A stretch of 64,000 nucleotides of DNA from positions 1,152,001-1,216,000 of the forward strand of contig JAKFCY010000002.1 of the NCBI GenBank assembly GCA_036676395.1. The letters run 5' to 3'. The position numbers were made by a program, and so were the translations under genes. The stretch comes from Bdellovibrio sp. (GTDB taxonomy: Bacteria; Bdellovibrionota; Bdellovibrionia; Bdellovibrionales; Bdellovibrionaceae). Position 1 is the first letter of the stretch; every line of letters begins with the position of its first letter. This document shows, in pieces, positions 36,764 through 47,723 of the stretch. A model generated the notes under the pieces. That model was not told the DNA's origin. It saw only the letters and a program-made list of their open reading frames with translations, and searched no databases.

Positions 36764-38024
36764 AGGTTTTTCTAAACTGAATTATACCGAGCGTTTACAG
36801 GCTTTGAAAAAGGCTAGTGTATTAAACGCGGATGAAATTTCTTATTTAGCCAACGGTGGCTTACAAACTATCGATCTTGGCGAAAAATTTATCGAAAATG
36901 TTCTAGGTTATTTTCAAATCCCAATGGGAGTTGCTACAAATTTTAATGTCGACGGAAAAGACTTTCTTATTCCGATGGCAGTTGAAGAAACATCAATCGT
37001 AGCAGCAGCCAGTAAAACAGCTAAATGGGTGCGCGAGCATGGCACCATCACAACTGAAGTGATCGGCAATCAAATCATCGGTCAAATTCAATTTGCTAAA
37101 CTTAAAAGTCCTGAAGATTTTAAAAAACAAATCTTGCAGCAAAAAACTTATTTAATTGATCTGGCAAATCGCGAAGTCGCTTTTGGTTTGGTTAATCGTG
37201 GCGGCGGAGTTAATGATTTAACAGTTCGTATTATTGACCGCGAAGATGGTTATTACATGGGTGTGGTGCATATCTTAATGGATCCTTGTGATGCCATGGG
37301 TGCAAATATCATCAATCAAGTTTGCGAGTATTTAAAACAACCTCTAGAGCAATTTACTTCTGAAAAAGTAACAATGTGTATTTTGTCTAACTTAGTTGAT
37401 ACGAAATTAACTAAAGCTACAGTACGTATGAGTCATGTCGATCCAGAGTTAGCTCTTAAAATCGAAGAAGCTTCGCGCTTTGCAGAGCTTGATCCTTATC
37501 GTGCAGCTACAAATAATAAAGGTGTATTGAACGGGATTGACCCGATCCTAATCGCCACAGGTAATGACTGGAGAGCCGTCGAGGCGGGAATCCATGCTTT
37601 TGCTGCTCGTGAAGGTCGTTATAAATCAATCACTAAATGGAGAGCCGCTGGCACTGAATTAGTGGGTGAGTTTGTTGCACCGTTAGTGGTTGGAACTGTA
37701 GGTGGCGTAACAGCACTTCACCCAACAGCTAAAATTGGTTTAAAAATCTTAAATGTAAATTCAGCATCTGAATTATCACGTATTATTGCCTCTGTAGGTT
37801 TAGTGCAAAACTTAGGTGCGCTTCGTGCTTTGACAACTGTTGGAATCATCGAAGGCCATATGAAATTGCACATTAAGAATTTATCTTTAGGTGCAGGCGC
37901 AACCGATACCGAAATGCCTTTTGTTGTTAAAAAATTAGAAGAGATTCTTGCTTTAAGAAAACGAATTTCTTTGGCCAACGCCGTAGAAGTTTTAAATGAC
38001 ATCAGAAAAAAATCTCAAATTTAG
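36744..38024 (+). CDS. mvaA: Class II hydroxymethylglutaryl-CoA reductase
   Basis: IENVLG, PMAVEETSIVAA, DAMGAN, ATGNDWRAVEA and GHMKLH motifs. Confidence 0.95.
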   Translation: MLTELFKGFSKLNYTERLQALKKASVLNADEISYLANGGLQTIDLGEKFIENVLGYFQIPMGVATNFNVDGKDFLIPMAVEETSIVAAASKTAKWVREHGTITTEVIGNQIIGQIQFAKLKSPEDFKKQILQQKTYLIDLANREVAFGLVNRGGGVNDLTVRIIDREDGYYMGVVHILMDPCDAMGANIINQVCEYLKQPLEQFTSEKVTMCILSNLVDTKLTKATVRMSHVDPELALKIEEASRFAELDPYRAATNNKGVLNGIDPILIATGNDWRAVEAGIHAFAAREGRYKSITKWRAAGTELVGEFVAPLVVGTVGGVTALHPTAKIGLKILNVNSASELSRIIASVGLVQNLGALRALTTVGIIEGHMKLHIKNLSLGAGATDTEMPFVVKKLEEILALRKRISLANAVEVLNDIRKKSQI

Positions 38025-38868
38025 TGTTCCTGGAAAAACCTTTTTAGTCGGCGAGTACGCAGTACTTGCTGGGGGCTCTTGTTTAGGTCTTGGAACTAGC
38101 CCAAGCTTTTCAATCGTACCCAATGCCAATGGTAATCCGTTTCATCCAGAGAGCCCAGCAGGGCGTTACCTGCACAAAAAAAGCATCGAAAATTTTGCTC
38201 ACGATTTTATAAACCCATATGGTGTGGGTGGTTTTGGCGCAAGCACAGCTGAATTTATTTTTAGTTATTATGCAAATCCAAATGCCGTTAAAAAACTTTC
38301 TGATATTTTTGAAAATTACCTGGGCTTATACACTGATCACAAAGAACAAAAGCCAAGCGGAGCTGATCTGATCACGCAATTAATCGGTGGCATTAGCCAT
38401 ATTGATTTATCGACTGCTGTGCCTAAGTTTGAAAAGTTAAGCTGGGGTTTTAATGATCTAGAATTTTTACTTTTTTCGACAGGATTAAAAGTTAAAACTC
38501 ATGAGCATTTAGCCGGGCTTGATCGCCATCTTTGTGCTGATTTAGTGAAGCCAAGCCATGATGTTATTGAAGCTTATAAAACTAACGATGGCCAAACTTT
38601 TACAGAGGCCTTGTCCACATGGAGCGATAAACTTGAGCATATGGGCTTAACCGCAAAACCCGTAGTTGCGCTTAAGCAGCTCTTGCAGCAGCAAATTCCA
38701 GGTATTTTAGTAAAGCCTTGCGGGGCCTTAGGCGCTGATGTGATTGTTATTCTGTGTTCAAAAACACGAAAAAAGCACGTTTTAGAGCAAATTCAGTTGT
38801 TAAATATATCTGGGTTGAGTTTCAAGGCGGATTCATCGCATTTAACAAATGGTCCTTTGTCAATTTAG
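37996..38868 (+). CDS. GHMP kinase, probable phosphomevalonate kinase
   Basis: PGKTFLVGEYAVL, GFGASTAE, SGAD and KPCGALGAD motifs; inside the mevalonate cluster. Confidence 0.75.
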   Translation: MTSEKNLKFSVPGKTFLVGEYAVLAGGSCLGLGTSPSFSIVPNANGNPFHPESPAGRYLHKKSIENFAHDFINPYGVGGFGASTAEFIFSYYANPNAVKKLSDIFENYLGLYTDHKEQKPSGADLITQLIGGISHIDLSTAVPKFEKLSWGFNDLEFLLFSTGLKVKTHEHLAGLDRHLCADLVKPSHDVIEAYKTNDGQTFTEALSTWSDKLEHMGLTAKPVVALKQLLQQQIPGILVKPCGALGADVIVILCSKTRKKHVLEQIQLLNISGLSFKADSSHLTNGPLSI

Positions 38869-38894
38869 CGGCCTTTTGCTAGTATTTTTCTCTT

Positions 38895-39890
38895 ATGTCG
38901 AACACGCAAATTTCTTCGAATATATGGTTTGAAGCCAGCGCGCCTTCTAATATTGCGCTGATCAAGTATATGGGTAAAACCGATACGGTAAATAATCGTC
39001 CAACGAATTCGTCGTTATCTTGGACCTTAAATAATTTGCGCACGTTTGTTCGTATTAAACAAAATAGCGAATTAACTTCTGATCAATGGCAGCCACTAAA
39101 ACGTAATGATTTACTTCCGATTGAATTGTCAGAAAAAGGCCGTCAAAAATTCTTAGATTTTTTTGCTAAACTTAAAACTGAATTTAAATTAACTGGTTTT
39201 TTTGAAATTGAATCAGCTAATAATTTTCCGTCTGATTGTGGCCTTGCCAGTTCGGCCAGTAGTTTTGCGGCATTGACTCAAGGCGCACATCAATACGCAG
39301 GTGCGCGGTACTTACCAAAAGAGCTTGCTAGAATTTCTCAGCGTGGTTCTGGATCTTCATGCCGTTCATTTTTTTCGCCGTGGGCCTTATGGCATGAGCA
39401 AGGTGCTGAAGAGATTCAGATGCCGATCAAAGAACTAAAACACATGGTTATTTTGTGTGATGAAACTAAAAAATCAGTTTCTTCAAGCCAAGCTCATGTT
39501 CAGGTTTTAACTTCTGATTTATTTAAAGGCCGCCCAGAACGTGCTGCTGATCGTTTACAAAAATTAATTACGGCCCTTCGTAAACCCGAAACAGAATGGA
39601 AAAACATTTTTCAAATCTGCTGGAACGAATTCTGGGATATGCACACACTATTTCATACATCTGTGCCTGCGTTTATGTATTTAAACGGGGCTGGATTCGC
39701 GGCGCTTTCTGAAATTTTAGAGATGTGGCAAAAAGACGGTGATGGGCCAATTGTTACAATGGATGCCGGAAGCAATATTCATTTATTGTTCAGAACTAAC
39801 CAGCCAGGCAGTTATACAAAATATTTAAATCATTTTAATGCTCAGTTTAACCTTTGGACCGATGACGGTTATCAAAACCGTAAAGACTAA
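38895..39890 (+). CDS. mvaD: Diphosphomevalonate decarboxylase
   Basis: APSNIALIKYMGK, GLASSASSFAAL, GSGSSCRS and TMDAGSNIH motifs. Confidence 0.95.
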   Translation: MSNTQISSNIWFEASAPSNIALIKYMGKTDTVNNRPTNSSLSWTLNNLRTFVRIKQNSELTSDQWQPLKRNDLLPIELSEKGRQKFLDFFAKLKTEFKLTGFFEIESANNFPSDCGLASSASSFAALTQGAHQYAGARYLPKELARISQRGSGSSCRSFFSPWALWHEQGAEEIQMPIKELKHMVILCDETKKSVSSSQAHVQVLTSDLFKGRPERAADRLQKLITALRKPETEWKNIFQICWNEFWDMHTLFHTSVPAFMYLNGAGFAALSEILEMWQKDGDGPIVTMDAGSNIHLLFRTNQPGSYTKYLNHFNAQFNLWTDDGYQNRKD

Positions 39891-39892
39891 TC

Positions 39893-40798
39893 ATGGCTGA
39901 AAGTTTTGAAACACTGAAATCAGATTGGTCAGTACAGGTGCCAGGTAAATGGATCTTGGCCGGTGAACACGCGGTCTTACGCGGAAGCCAGGCGATTGTG
40001 TTTCCGTTAAAATCAAGATTCTTAAGTTTAAGTTATTTCAATAAAGATTCAGAATTTAAAATTTTAATCGCCGGCCTATGTGCTTCAGACCTTGAAATGA
40101 TTATTTGGTCTGTCGTTGAGCGCGCCCTAGGTGAATTACAGCTAAAGCGCTCTGACCTTAAGGGTGAACTTAAAATCTATTCGCATATTCAATTTGGCGC
40201 AGGTATGGGGGCTTCGGCTACTTTAGCTGTAGGGCTTACTTTGTTTTTTCAACATTTAGGTGTTTTAAAAACTGATCCATTTTTATTTGCTAAAAAAATT
40301 GAAGATTTATTTCACGGCGAAAGCAGTGGGGTCGATGTAGCTGTTGCGCTTCATCAAAAGCCAATGATTTTTGAAAAGAATAAAGAAAACATTTTCTTTG
40401 ATTTAAAAAATCTTCCGCTTCTGTATTTGTCGTACACCGGTCAGCGTGGCGTCACTAAAGACTGTGTTAATAAGGTCAAAGATCTTATCCTCGAAAAACC
40501 AGAGCATGCTAATGCGGTTGATGAGCGTATGAAAAAAGTTGTGCAAGATTTTATTTCATCTCGCTTTGAATGGACTGAGCAAGAATGGATTGAACATTTG
40601 AATTTAGCCCAGAGCTGTTTTGAAAGCTGGGATCTGGTGCCAACGATCGTTGAACAGCATATGTTAAAATTAAAAAAAGCAGGCGCATTGGCCTGCAAAT
40701 TAACTGGCTCAGGCAGCGGTGGCTACGTTTTAAGTTTATGGAGCCATAAACCTGCTGAGTCTGAATTGAACTCTGAACTTATCCCTGTATTTCTATAA
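39893..40798 (+). CDS. mvk: Mevalonate kinase (GHMP family)
   Basis: PGKWILAGEHAVL, GAGMGASA, FHGESSGVD and KLTGSGSGG motifs. Confidence 0.88.
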   Translation: MAESFETLKSDWSVQVPGKWILAGEHAVLRGSQAIVFPLKSRFLSLSYFNKDSEFKILIAGLCASDLEMIIWSVVERALGELQLKRSDLKGELKIYSHIQFGAGMGASATLAVGLTLFFQHLGVLKTDPFLFAKKIEDLFHGESSGVDVAVALHQKPMIFEKNKENIFFDLKNLPLLYLSYTGQRGVTKDCVNKVKDLILEKPEHANAVDERMKKVVQDFISSRFEWTEQEWIEHLNLAQSCFESWDLVPTIVEQHMLKLKKAGALACKLTGSGSGGYVLSLWSHKPAESELNSELIPVFL

Positions 40799-40811
40799 TT
40801 GGATTTAAAAT

Positions 40812-41507
40812 ATGAAAAAATTAGTGATCATCCCAACCTATAATGAAATTGAAAATATCCAGGCTTTGCTTCCTGTGCTGATGAAGCTTGAGCAAAAATT
40901 TGATGTGCTTGTTGTTGATGACAGTTCTCCGGATGGCACGGCTAAATTTGTTGAACAGTTTGCGAAAACTGAGCCGCGTGTAAATGTGTTGGTTCGTGCG
41001 GCGAAGCAAGGTTTAGGCAAAGCTTATTTAGCGGGTTTTGATTGGGGATTAAAAAATAATTACGATGTTTTAACTGAAATGGATGCTGATTTTTCGCATG
41101 CTCCGAAGCACTTAAATGAAATCTTAGCCTTAATAGAACAGCACGATGTCGTGATCGGTTCTAGATACGTTACTGGCGGCGGTACAGTTAATTGGGGATT
41201 AATTCGTAAAATTATCTCGCGCGGGGGTAGTCTTTATTCGCGTTTGATTTTAGGCTACCCATTGCGTGATTGGACCGGTGGATTTAATTGCTGGCGTAAA
41301 GAAGTTTTGCACAAAATTAATCTGAGCAGTATTCAATCTAATGGTTATTCTTTTCAAATCGAATTAAAATATAAAGCTTTAAAAAATGGTTATAAGATTC
41401 AGGAAACGCCGATTATTTTTGAAGATCGCCGTGTAGGTCAAAGCAAAATGTCTTTAAAAATTGTGTTAGAGGCTTTTTATAAAGTTTGGCTTATTAAAGG
41501 CTACTAG
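40812..41507 (+). CDS. Polyprenol monophosphomannose synthase-like GT2
   Basis: IIPTYNE, VVDDSSPDGT, MDADFSH, GYSFQIE and DRRVGQSKMS motifs. Confidence 0.9.
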   Translation: MKKLVIIPTYNEIENIQALLPVLMKLEQKFDVLVVDDSSPDGTAKFVEQFAKTEPRVNVLVRAAKQGLGKAYLAGFDWGLKNNYDVLTEMDADFSHAPKHLNEILALIEQHDVVIGSRYVTGGGTVNWGLIRKIISRGGSLYSRLILGYPLRDWTGGFNCWRKEVLHKINLSSIQSNGYSFQIELKYKALKNGYKIQETPIIFEDRRVGQSKMSLKIVLEAFYKVWLIKGY

Positions 41508-42488
41508 CTAAAGGTTACTAGTTTTTCTTAAAAGCTTACGCACTATATTTCTGACCACGCGTACAATCCATAGGCTGTCGTGTTTTCTTGAAAATCTATA
41601 GCCCCAGTTTTTTGAATTCGGTAAAAGCCAGTAAAAAAACGGTAAGAACACGCGTCGCGGAAACCAACGTTTAAAATAATAAAAAAATTCGGCATCAAAA
41701 CTTGCAGGCACCCACAAAGGTGGGCGCTCGGTACGAATCACATTATAAGTTAATTCTGCAATCGATTGCGGCGTTGAAAGGCTGCGATTTTTAAGATTTG
41801 CAACAAAGGGAATCATGCTGGTGTACATGTCTTCGTAAGGCTGATCTTCTTTATGAGGCTTTTCTGAAAACTTGATTCGCGAATGCTGGGCTGAGTGAAT
41901 AAAGCCAGGCTGCACCAAAGCTACATCAATCCCAAATGGGCGCAGTTCATACCACAGTGATTCCATAGCGCCTTCAAGGGCATACTTCGAAGCAGAATAC
42001 GACGACATCGTTGGAAATGCTAATAGTCCACTCACCGAAGAAATATTAATGATTTTACCTTTTCCATTTTTACGCATTTTCGGCAGCAGCATGCGAATCA
42101 GACTCACGGGGCCAAGATAGTTTTTTTGCATGTGCAAGAGGTCATCTTGATCTTTAGTTTCTTCTAACGATGAACGATAACAAATATCTGACGTGTTAAT
42201 ATAAATATCAACTCGGCCCCAACGAGCAAAAATTTTTTCGACGGCTTCTGTACGACTTTGCTCATCGACGATATCTAAAGGCATGACCCAGACATGATCG
42301 TTTTCTGCAATTTGAGGGGATACATTAGTTAGATCACGAGCGGTGATAACAACGCGATATTCAGGGTGAGAAGATAATAGTTTAGCTGTGGCGACTCCAA
42401 CTTCGGAGCTACCGCCTGTCAGCAAAATTACTGGTTTGTAATCTTGCGTGGGTGAAGCAAACTTATACCAATAGATGTATTTATACAT
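41508..42488 (-). CDS. SDR family oxidoreductase
   Basis: TGGSSEVG, NISSVSG and catalytic YSASK. Confidence 0.88.
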   Translation of the reverse strand: MYKYIYWYKFASPTQDYKPVILLTGGSSEVGVATAKLLSSHPEYRVVITARDLTNVSPQIAENDHVWVMPLDIVDEQSRTEAVEKIFARWGRVDIYINTSDICYRSSLEETKDQDDLLHMQKNYLGPVSLIRMLLPKMRKNGKGKIINISSVSGLLAFPTMSSYSASKYALEGAMESLWYELRPFGIDVALVQPGFIHSAQHSRIKFSEKPHKEDQPYEDMYTSMIPFVANLKNRSLSTPQSIAELTYNVIRTERPPLWVPASFDAEFFYYFKRWFPRRVFLPFFYWLLPNSKNWGYRFSRKHDSLWIVRVVRNIVRKLLRKTSNL

Positions 42489-42515
42489 TCTAGAATAAGT
42501 TTACTCCCCTTAGAG

Positions 42516-43283
42516 CTATTGTCGATGTTTTTTAATTTCCCAAAAAGAAATCGCGGCCGATACGCTTGCATTTAATGACTCAATGCTGTGGGTCGGGATA
42601 TTCACAAATTTCATTTTCTGTAATTGTTCCGATTCGAGACGAAGTCCTGGGCCTTCTTCGCCAAGCCAAAGCCTAAAATCTTTTGGCCATTTTTGGGTGG
42701 CGATATCTGCGCCTTCTAGCTCTAGAGCGTAGTTTTCACCAGTGATTGGTAATTCATTTGTTTTTTGACCAGCTGTGAAAAATTCAGCTTTTAGCACAGC
42801 ACCGGCACTTGCTTTGACCGAGTGCGGAAGAAACGGATGACAGGCCTCTTGAGTCAAAATAATTTTGTTGATTCCAAATCCTACCGCAGATCTAGCAAGT
42901 GCGCCAAGATTTCTTGGGTCACCAATGGGTAGAACAACTTCTATGCCTTCTGGTTTTTTCTTTAAATCAAGCGTTGGAAAATCATCAGCTTCTAACACAA
43001 ATAGCGGGTAGTGCGTTCCTAATACATCGAGTTCGTTAAAAAGCTCTTGGTTTAACGTGATCGTGTTAAATGGAAATTTAGCCGAGTATTTATCAGAGCA
43101 AACTACTAAGTGAACTTTAAAGGCTTTATTTTTAGATTTCGTAAATTCTTTAATAAGTTTATCACCCATTAAGAAAAACAATTTATGTTCTTTAATGCCC
43201 TTGGCAGACAGTAACAAACGCAGTTTTTTAAACAGCGGGTTGTCTTTAGATGTGATAGTTTGTTCTTTGTTTTTCATATTCAT
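42516..43283 (-). CDS. TrmH/SpoU family RNA methyltransferase
   Basis: DPRNLGALARSA, LGEEGPGL and ESLNASVSAAI motifs. Confidence 0.9.
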   Translation of the reverse strand: MNMKNKEQTITSKDNPLFKKLRLLLSAKGIKEHKLFFLMGDKLIKEFTKSKNKAFKVHLVVCSDKYSAKFPFNTITLNQELFNELDVLGTHYPLFVLEADDFPTLDLKKKPEGIEVVLPIGDPRNLGALARSAVGFGINKIILTQEACHPFLPHSVKASAGAVLKAEFFTAGQKTNELPITGENYALELEGADIATQKWPKDFRLWLGEEGPGLRLESEQLQKMKFVNIPTHSIESLNASVSAAISFWEIKKHRQ

Positions 43284-43316
43284 CGCCGGTTTCCTTGTCC
43301 GCTTTCAGCAGAACCT

Positions 43317-44132
43317 CTAGAAAGAATCGTTCAGAAGAATATCGTTATCTTCTTCTTCAGGAAGGGGAGCATTTTTGATTTTTTTGAAGATCACTAAACG
43401 TCTGTGATTTTCAGTTTTTGGAAGATCATAAGCAATATCCGCTTTGAGTTCGAAGTATTCTGAAAACTCTTTTAAAGCCTTTTCGATCTCAGGATCAACG
43501 CCAGGACCTTTCATGAAATACACTTCGCCGCCTTCTTGCAGGCAGCTCATGGTATTTCTTAGGGTGTTAGAAATATCTTCTACGGCGCGTGTGATTACGC
43601 CATTCACAGGGTAGACGAAGTGTTCGTTAATGTTACGTCCGATGATGTCTAAGTTTTCTAATTTTAAATCTTCGCGCACTTCTTTTAAAAATTCGACGCG
43701 TTTTTGTACGCCTTCGCCTAAAAGAATTTTTTCTTTCGGGTATCTGATTTTTAAAGGGATTCCAGGAAAACCAGGACCAGTTCCGACATCAATCAACGGA
43801 AATTTCAGTTCAGTTAGTTCAGTTAAGATTAAACAATCGATGAAATGTTTGATGGCCACATCTCTTAAGTTTAATAGACGGGTGAAGTTGCGGTTTTCTT
43901 GATTTTTCATTAGAAGTTCATAAAAACGAGCTAGTTTCATGCGCTCTTCGTGTGAACATTTGAAATCGTGGTTACGAAAAATATCCTGCATGCGATCGTT
44001 GGCTTCGCTTGCGGTAAAGATTTGATCCGGCTTTTTATGCTTACCCTTAAGGTCTTCGTGCGAAGTCTTGGTTAATTTTGATGCATTACGAGCCTTGTAA
44101 GGGCTGTAGTTTTCCTTATTTTTGTGCGCCAC
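43317..44132 (-). CDS. rsmG: 16S rRNA m7G527 methyltransferase RsmG/GidB
   Basis: NFTR, KHFIDCL, DVGTGPGFPGIPL, TRAV and MKG motifs; start moved to GTG 44132 after AAGGA. Confidence 0.9.
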   Translation of the reverse strand: MAHKNKENYSPYKARNASKLTKTSHEDLKGKHKKPDQIFTASEANDRMQDIFRNHDFKCSHEERMKLARFYELLMKNQENRNFTRLLNLRDVAIKHFIDCLILTELTELKFPLIDVGTGPGFPGIPLKIRYPKEKILLGEGVQKRVEFLKEVREDLKLENLDIIGRNINEHFVYPVNGVITRAVEDISNTLRNTMSCLQEGGEVYFMKGPGVDPEIEKALKEFSEYFELKADIAYDLPKTENHRRLVIFKKIKNAPLPEEEDNDILLNDSF

Positions 44133-44210
44133 GATAATTCCTTTAAGGCATTGTTCATAGCACAGGGCTAAATGCTTGAAAAGACTTAAATTATTTAGAA
44201 TAATAACGAC

Positions 44211-45242
44211 ATGGTAAATCAGCATTTAATCGATATAAAACAAAACGCCCTAAAAGATTTTCACTCTAGCAAAAACTCAAAAGAGCTGTATCAGTTTAAA
44301 GTTCAGTATTTGGGTAAAACCGGAGCCTTAACCGAAGCTATGAAATTAATGGCCACTCTTCCAAAAGAAGAAAAACCCTTATTCGGAAAACAAGTCAATG
44401 AGGTTAAAGCTGAACTAGAAACGGCCTACGCGGGTGTTGAAGCGACTTTGCAAAAAGCCGAAATCGAATCGCAAATGCTGAATGAAAAGCTAGATCTAAC
44501 CCTTTCAGTGACGACTCACGAAATGGGTCATGAACATCCAATTTACAAAGTAACGCATGAGATTTTTTCGATTATGGCTCGCCTTGGGTATTCACTTCGC
44601 ACCGGCGCACTTATTGAAAAAGATTACTATAATTTTGAAGCTTTGAATATTCCACCGGATCATCCGGCGCGTGATATGCAAGATACGTTTTTCGTTGATG
44701 AGACTCACGTATTACGTACTCATACTTCGCCTATTCAAATTCATTCACTTGAGAATGAAAAACCGCCGTTACGTATTATCGGTACTGGCCCGGTATTTCG
44801 CTGTGATAGTGATATTTCTCATCTTCCTAACTTTCATCAAATTGAAGGTATGTGTATCGATAAAAAAATCTCGATGGCTGATCTTAAAGGAACAATCTCG
44901 TTTTTCGTGCGTGAGTTCTTCGGCCCGGGTTTAAAAACTCGTTTTCGTCCAAGCTTTTTTCCATTCACAGAACCTTCGGCTGAAGTTGATTGTTCGTGCC
45001 CGATTTGCAAAAGCAAAGGGTGTTCTCTTTGCAAACAAACGGGATGGATTGAAATTGGTGGTTGTGGCTTGATTAATCCTAAAGTTTTTGAACATGCGAA
45101 AGTTCCATACCCTGAATGGCAAGGTTTTGCTTTCGGTTTTGGTGTTGAACGTATGGCTATTATTAAATACGGCGTAGATGATATTCGCCATTTTCCTAAA
45201 AACGATGTCCGCTTTTTAAAACAGTTCTCGGCGGGAGTGTAA
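44211..45242 (+). CDS. pheS: Phenylalanine--tRNA ligase alpha subunit
   Basis: [38 protein letters not shown] and [10 protein letters not shown] motifs. Confidence 0.98.
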   Translation: MVNQHLIDIKQNALKDFHSSKNSKELYQFKVQYLGKTGALTEAMKLMATLPKEEKPLFGKQVNEVKAELETAYAGVEATLQKAEIESQMLNEKLDLTLSVTTHEMGHEHPIYKVTHEIFSIMARLGYSLRTGALIEKDYYNFEALNIPPDHPARDMQDTFFVDETHVLRTHTSPIQIHSLENEKPPLRIIGTGPVFRCDSDISHLPNFHQIEGMCIDKKISMADLKGTISFFVREFFGPGLKTRFRPSFFPFTEPSAEVDCSCPICKSKGCSLCKQTGWIEIGGCGLINPKVFEHAKVPYPEWQGFAFGFGVERMAIIKYGVDDIRHFPKNDVRFLKQFSAGV

Positions 45243-45243
45243 G

Positions 45244-47688
45244 ATGAAAATTTCATTACAATGGTTAAATGATTTCGTAGATGTGACTGAGTTTTACCAA
45301 GACACGCAAAAATTAGCTGATCTTTTAACTCGCGCCGGTCTTGAAGTTGAAGACATTCAAAATAAAGCCAAAGATTTTCAAAACGTAGTGATCGGTCATA
45401 TCCTTGAAAAAGGAAAACATCCGAATGCAGACAAGTTATCACTATGCCAAGTTGAAATTGCACCAGGCAAAGTTGAACAAATCGTTTGTGGAGCGCAAAA
45501 TCACAAACAAGGCGATAAAGTTATCGTAGCTTTAGCAGGTGCTGTGCTTCCTGGAAACTTCGCGATTAAAAAAGCCAAAGTCCGTGATGTAGAGTCAAAC
45601 GGAATGCTTTGCTCTTATAAAGAACTTGGTTTAGCGACTGAATCTGAAGGTATTGCTATTCTTGATCCTAAAGCTCCAGTAGGTCAGTCATTTGCCGAAT
45701 TTGGCGGGTATGATGATATCGTTTTTGAATTAAAAGTTACACCGAATCGTGCGGATTGTTTATCTCACTATGGTTTGGCTCGTGAAATTGGTTGTTTATT
45801 AAATAAACCAGTTAAAAATCCTGAAGTGCAAAAGAAGTTTTCTGCTGAAAGTACTAAGTCTAAAATTAAACTGACTGTTGATAATTCTGAACTATGCCCA
45901 CGTTACTGTGGCCGTTATATCACTGGCGTGAAAATTGGTGATTCTCCGGCGTGGTTAAAACGTCGTTTAGAAGCGATCGGAATGAATTCAATCAATAACG
46001 TAGTCGATGTAACTAATTACGTGATGCTTGAAATGGGTCAGCCATTACACGCTTTTGATGCAAGCCTTATCGGCGGTCAGACGATCAAGATCAGAAACGC
46101 ATCTCCAGGTGAGAAGTTTAAAACTTTAAAAGATCAAGATGTTACTTTTAAAGGTGATGAATTATTAATTACTGACAGTAACGGTGCTGTTGCACTTGCT
46201 GGTGTTATCGGCGGATTAAATTCTGGCGTGAGCGAGAAAACACAAAATATTTTCTTAGAAGCGGCAAACTTTAAAGCTATGTCTGTGCGAAAATCATCTC
46301 GTCAGCACGGTATTGAAACTGATTCGGCCTACCGCTTTTCTCGCGGCGTTGATCCAAGTCAAACTCATGAAATCATGGACCGCGCGGTGAATTTAATTCT
46401 GCAAGTCGCAGGTGGCGAAGCTTTAGGTGATCATTATGACATCTACCCAAAACCAGTGACTAAATCTCCGGTAAAAATTAAAGTTCAAACTATTTCTGAC
46501 CGTCTTGGTTATCAAGCTGATGCAAAATTATTTGAACAGTATATGAATGGTCTTCACTGTAAAGTGGATCGTCTTAACGAAGGTGAATACAGCATTACAC
46601 CTCCATTATTCAGATTTGATTTAGAGCATGATATGGATCTGGTTGAAGAGTACGCTCGCCTAAAAGGTTATGAGCATATTACTGAAACTCTTCCTTCGTT
46701 TGCCGCAGAGCCTGCAAAACACGATGAAAAATACACAAGCAATCATAAGCTTTCGTTATTTTTACGTGGTGAGGGTTATGATCAAGCGTTTAACTATGCT
46801 TTCTTAAATGAAAATGAAGAGAGCAAATGGATCACGAACTGCGAGGTCTTTAATAAACTAGGTCTAACGATGGACCCGCAGGCCATCAAACTTCGTAATC
46901 CATTAAGTGAAGATTTAAATGTGATGCGCAGATCAATGGTTTACCCAGTCTGGAAAAACATCCGCGAGAATTTTCACGCAGGCAATATGAGCGGTAAACT
47001 TTTTGAGATAGGTTCGACTTTTACAAAAGTAACTGATTCGGTTCGCCCTGAAGTTGCTTATAAAGAAACACGAAAACTAATTATTTCAGCTTGGGGTGAG
47101 GATTTTGGTCTTTATGCAAAAAACTATCCATTAGTTTACAAATTGAAATCAACATTAGAGAGCTTATTCCAGAATTTACAAATTTCAGCATACACAGTGG
47201 CACCAATTGGCGATGCACCAGCGTACTTACACAAAGGTCAGTGGGCTGCGATTAATGTTGAAGGTAAAGCGGTCGGTTACATCGGGTCGGTTCATCCAGT
47301 AATTCTTGCTGATGAAAAAATCCGTGTACCAGTTTGTTTTGCTGAAATTAATTTAGATTTGTTATTAGCTGGTCAACCTCGCCCAACAAAATTCAAATCA
47401 GTATCGGCATTCCAGCCGGTCGACCGCGATTTTGCATTCGTGATGGAGTCAGCAAAAATGGTTGGCGATCTAACCAAAGAAGTCAAAAAATCTGTGGGAG
47501 CAAATCTTCAAAGTATGACGGTATTTGACGTCTACGAAGGGGATAAGTTGCCTGCGGGGCAGAAGTCGGTCGCGTTACGTGTGCGTTTACATTCACAAGA
47601 TCAAGCCCTTACAGAGGCCATGATCACTGAAATTACGCAAAAAGTGGTAACTGCTGCACAGAAATCTGTTGGAGCTAACTTAAGATAG
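45244..47688 (+). CDS. pheT: Phenylalanine--tRNA ligase beta subunit
   Basis: HPNADKL, IVCGAQN, TPNRADCLS, INNVVDVTNYV and FDVYEG motifs. Confidence 0.98.
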   Translation: MKISLQWLNDFVDVTEFYQDTQKLADLLTRAGLEVEDIQNKAKDFQNVVIGHILEKGKHPNADKLSLCQVEIAPGKVEQIVCGAQNHKQGDKVIVALAGAVLPGNFAIKKAKVRDVESNGMLCSYKELGLATESEGIAILDPKAPVGQSFAEFGGYDDIVFELKVTPNRADCLSHYGLAREIGCLLNKPVKNPEVQKKFSAESTKSKIKLTVDNSELCPRYCGRYITGVKIGDSPAWLKRRLEAIGMNSINNVVDVTNYVMLEMGQPLHAFDASLIGGQTIKIRNASPGEKFKTLKDQDVTFKGDELLITDSNGAVALAGVIGGLNSGVSEKTQNIFLEAANFKAMSVRKSSRQHGIETDSAYRFSRGVDPSQTHEIMDRAVNLILQVAGGEALGDHYDIYPKPVTKSPVKIKVQTISDRLGYQADAKLFEQYMNGLHCKVDRLNEGEYSITPPLFRFDLEHDMDLVEEYARLKGYEHITETLPSFAAEPAKHDEKYTSNHKLSLFLRGEGYDQAFNYAFLNENEESKWITNCEVFNKLGLTMDPQAIKLRNPLSEDLNVMRRSMVYPVWKNIRENFHAGNMSGKLFEIGSTFTKVTDSVRPEVAYKETRKLIISAWGEDFGLYAKNYPLVYKLKSTLESLFQNLQISAYTVAPIGDAPAYLHKGQWAAINVEGKAVGYIGSVHPVILADEKIRVPVCFAEINLDLLLAGQPRPTKFKSVSAFQPVDRDFAFVMESAKMVGDLTKEVKKSVGANLQSMTVFDVYEGDKLPAGQKSVALRVRLHSQDQALTEAMITEITQKVVTAAQKSVGANLR

Positions 47689-47723
47689 TACTACGCTATT
47701 ATATGAACAAAGGATTGTGATCT

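Noticed and set aside
44837..45463. 208-aa minus-strand ORF
   Set aside because: Antisense to the conserved pheS/pheT genes; no recognisable motifs.
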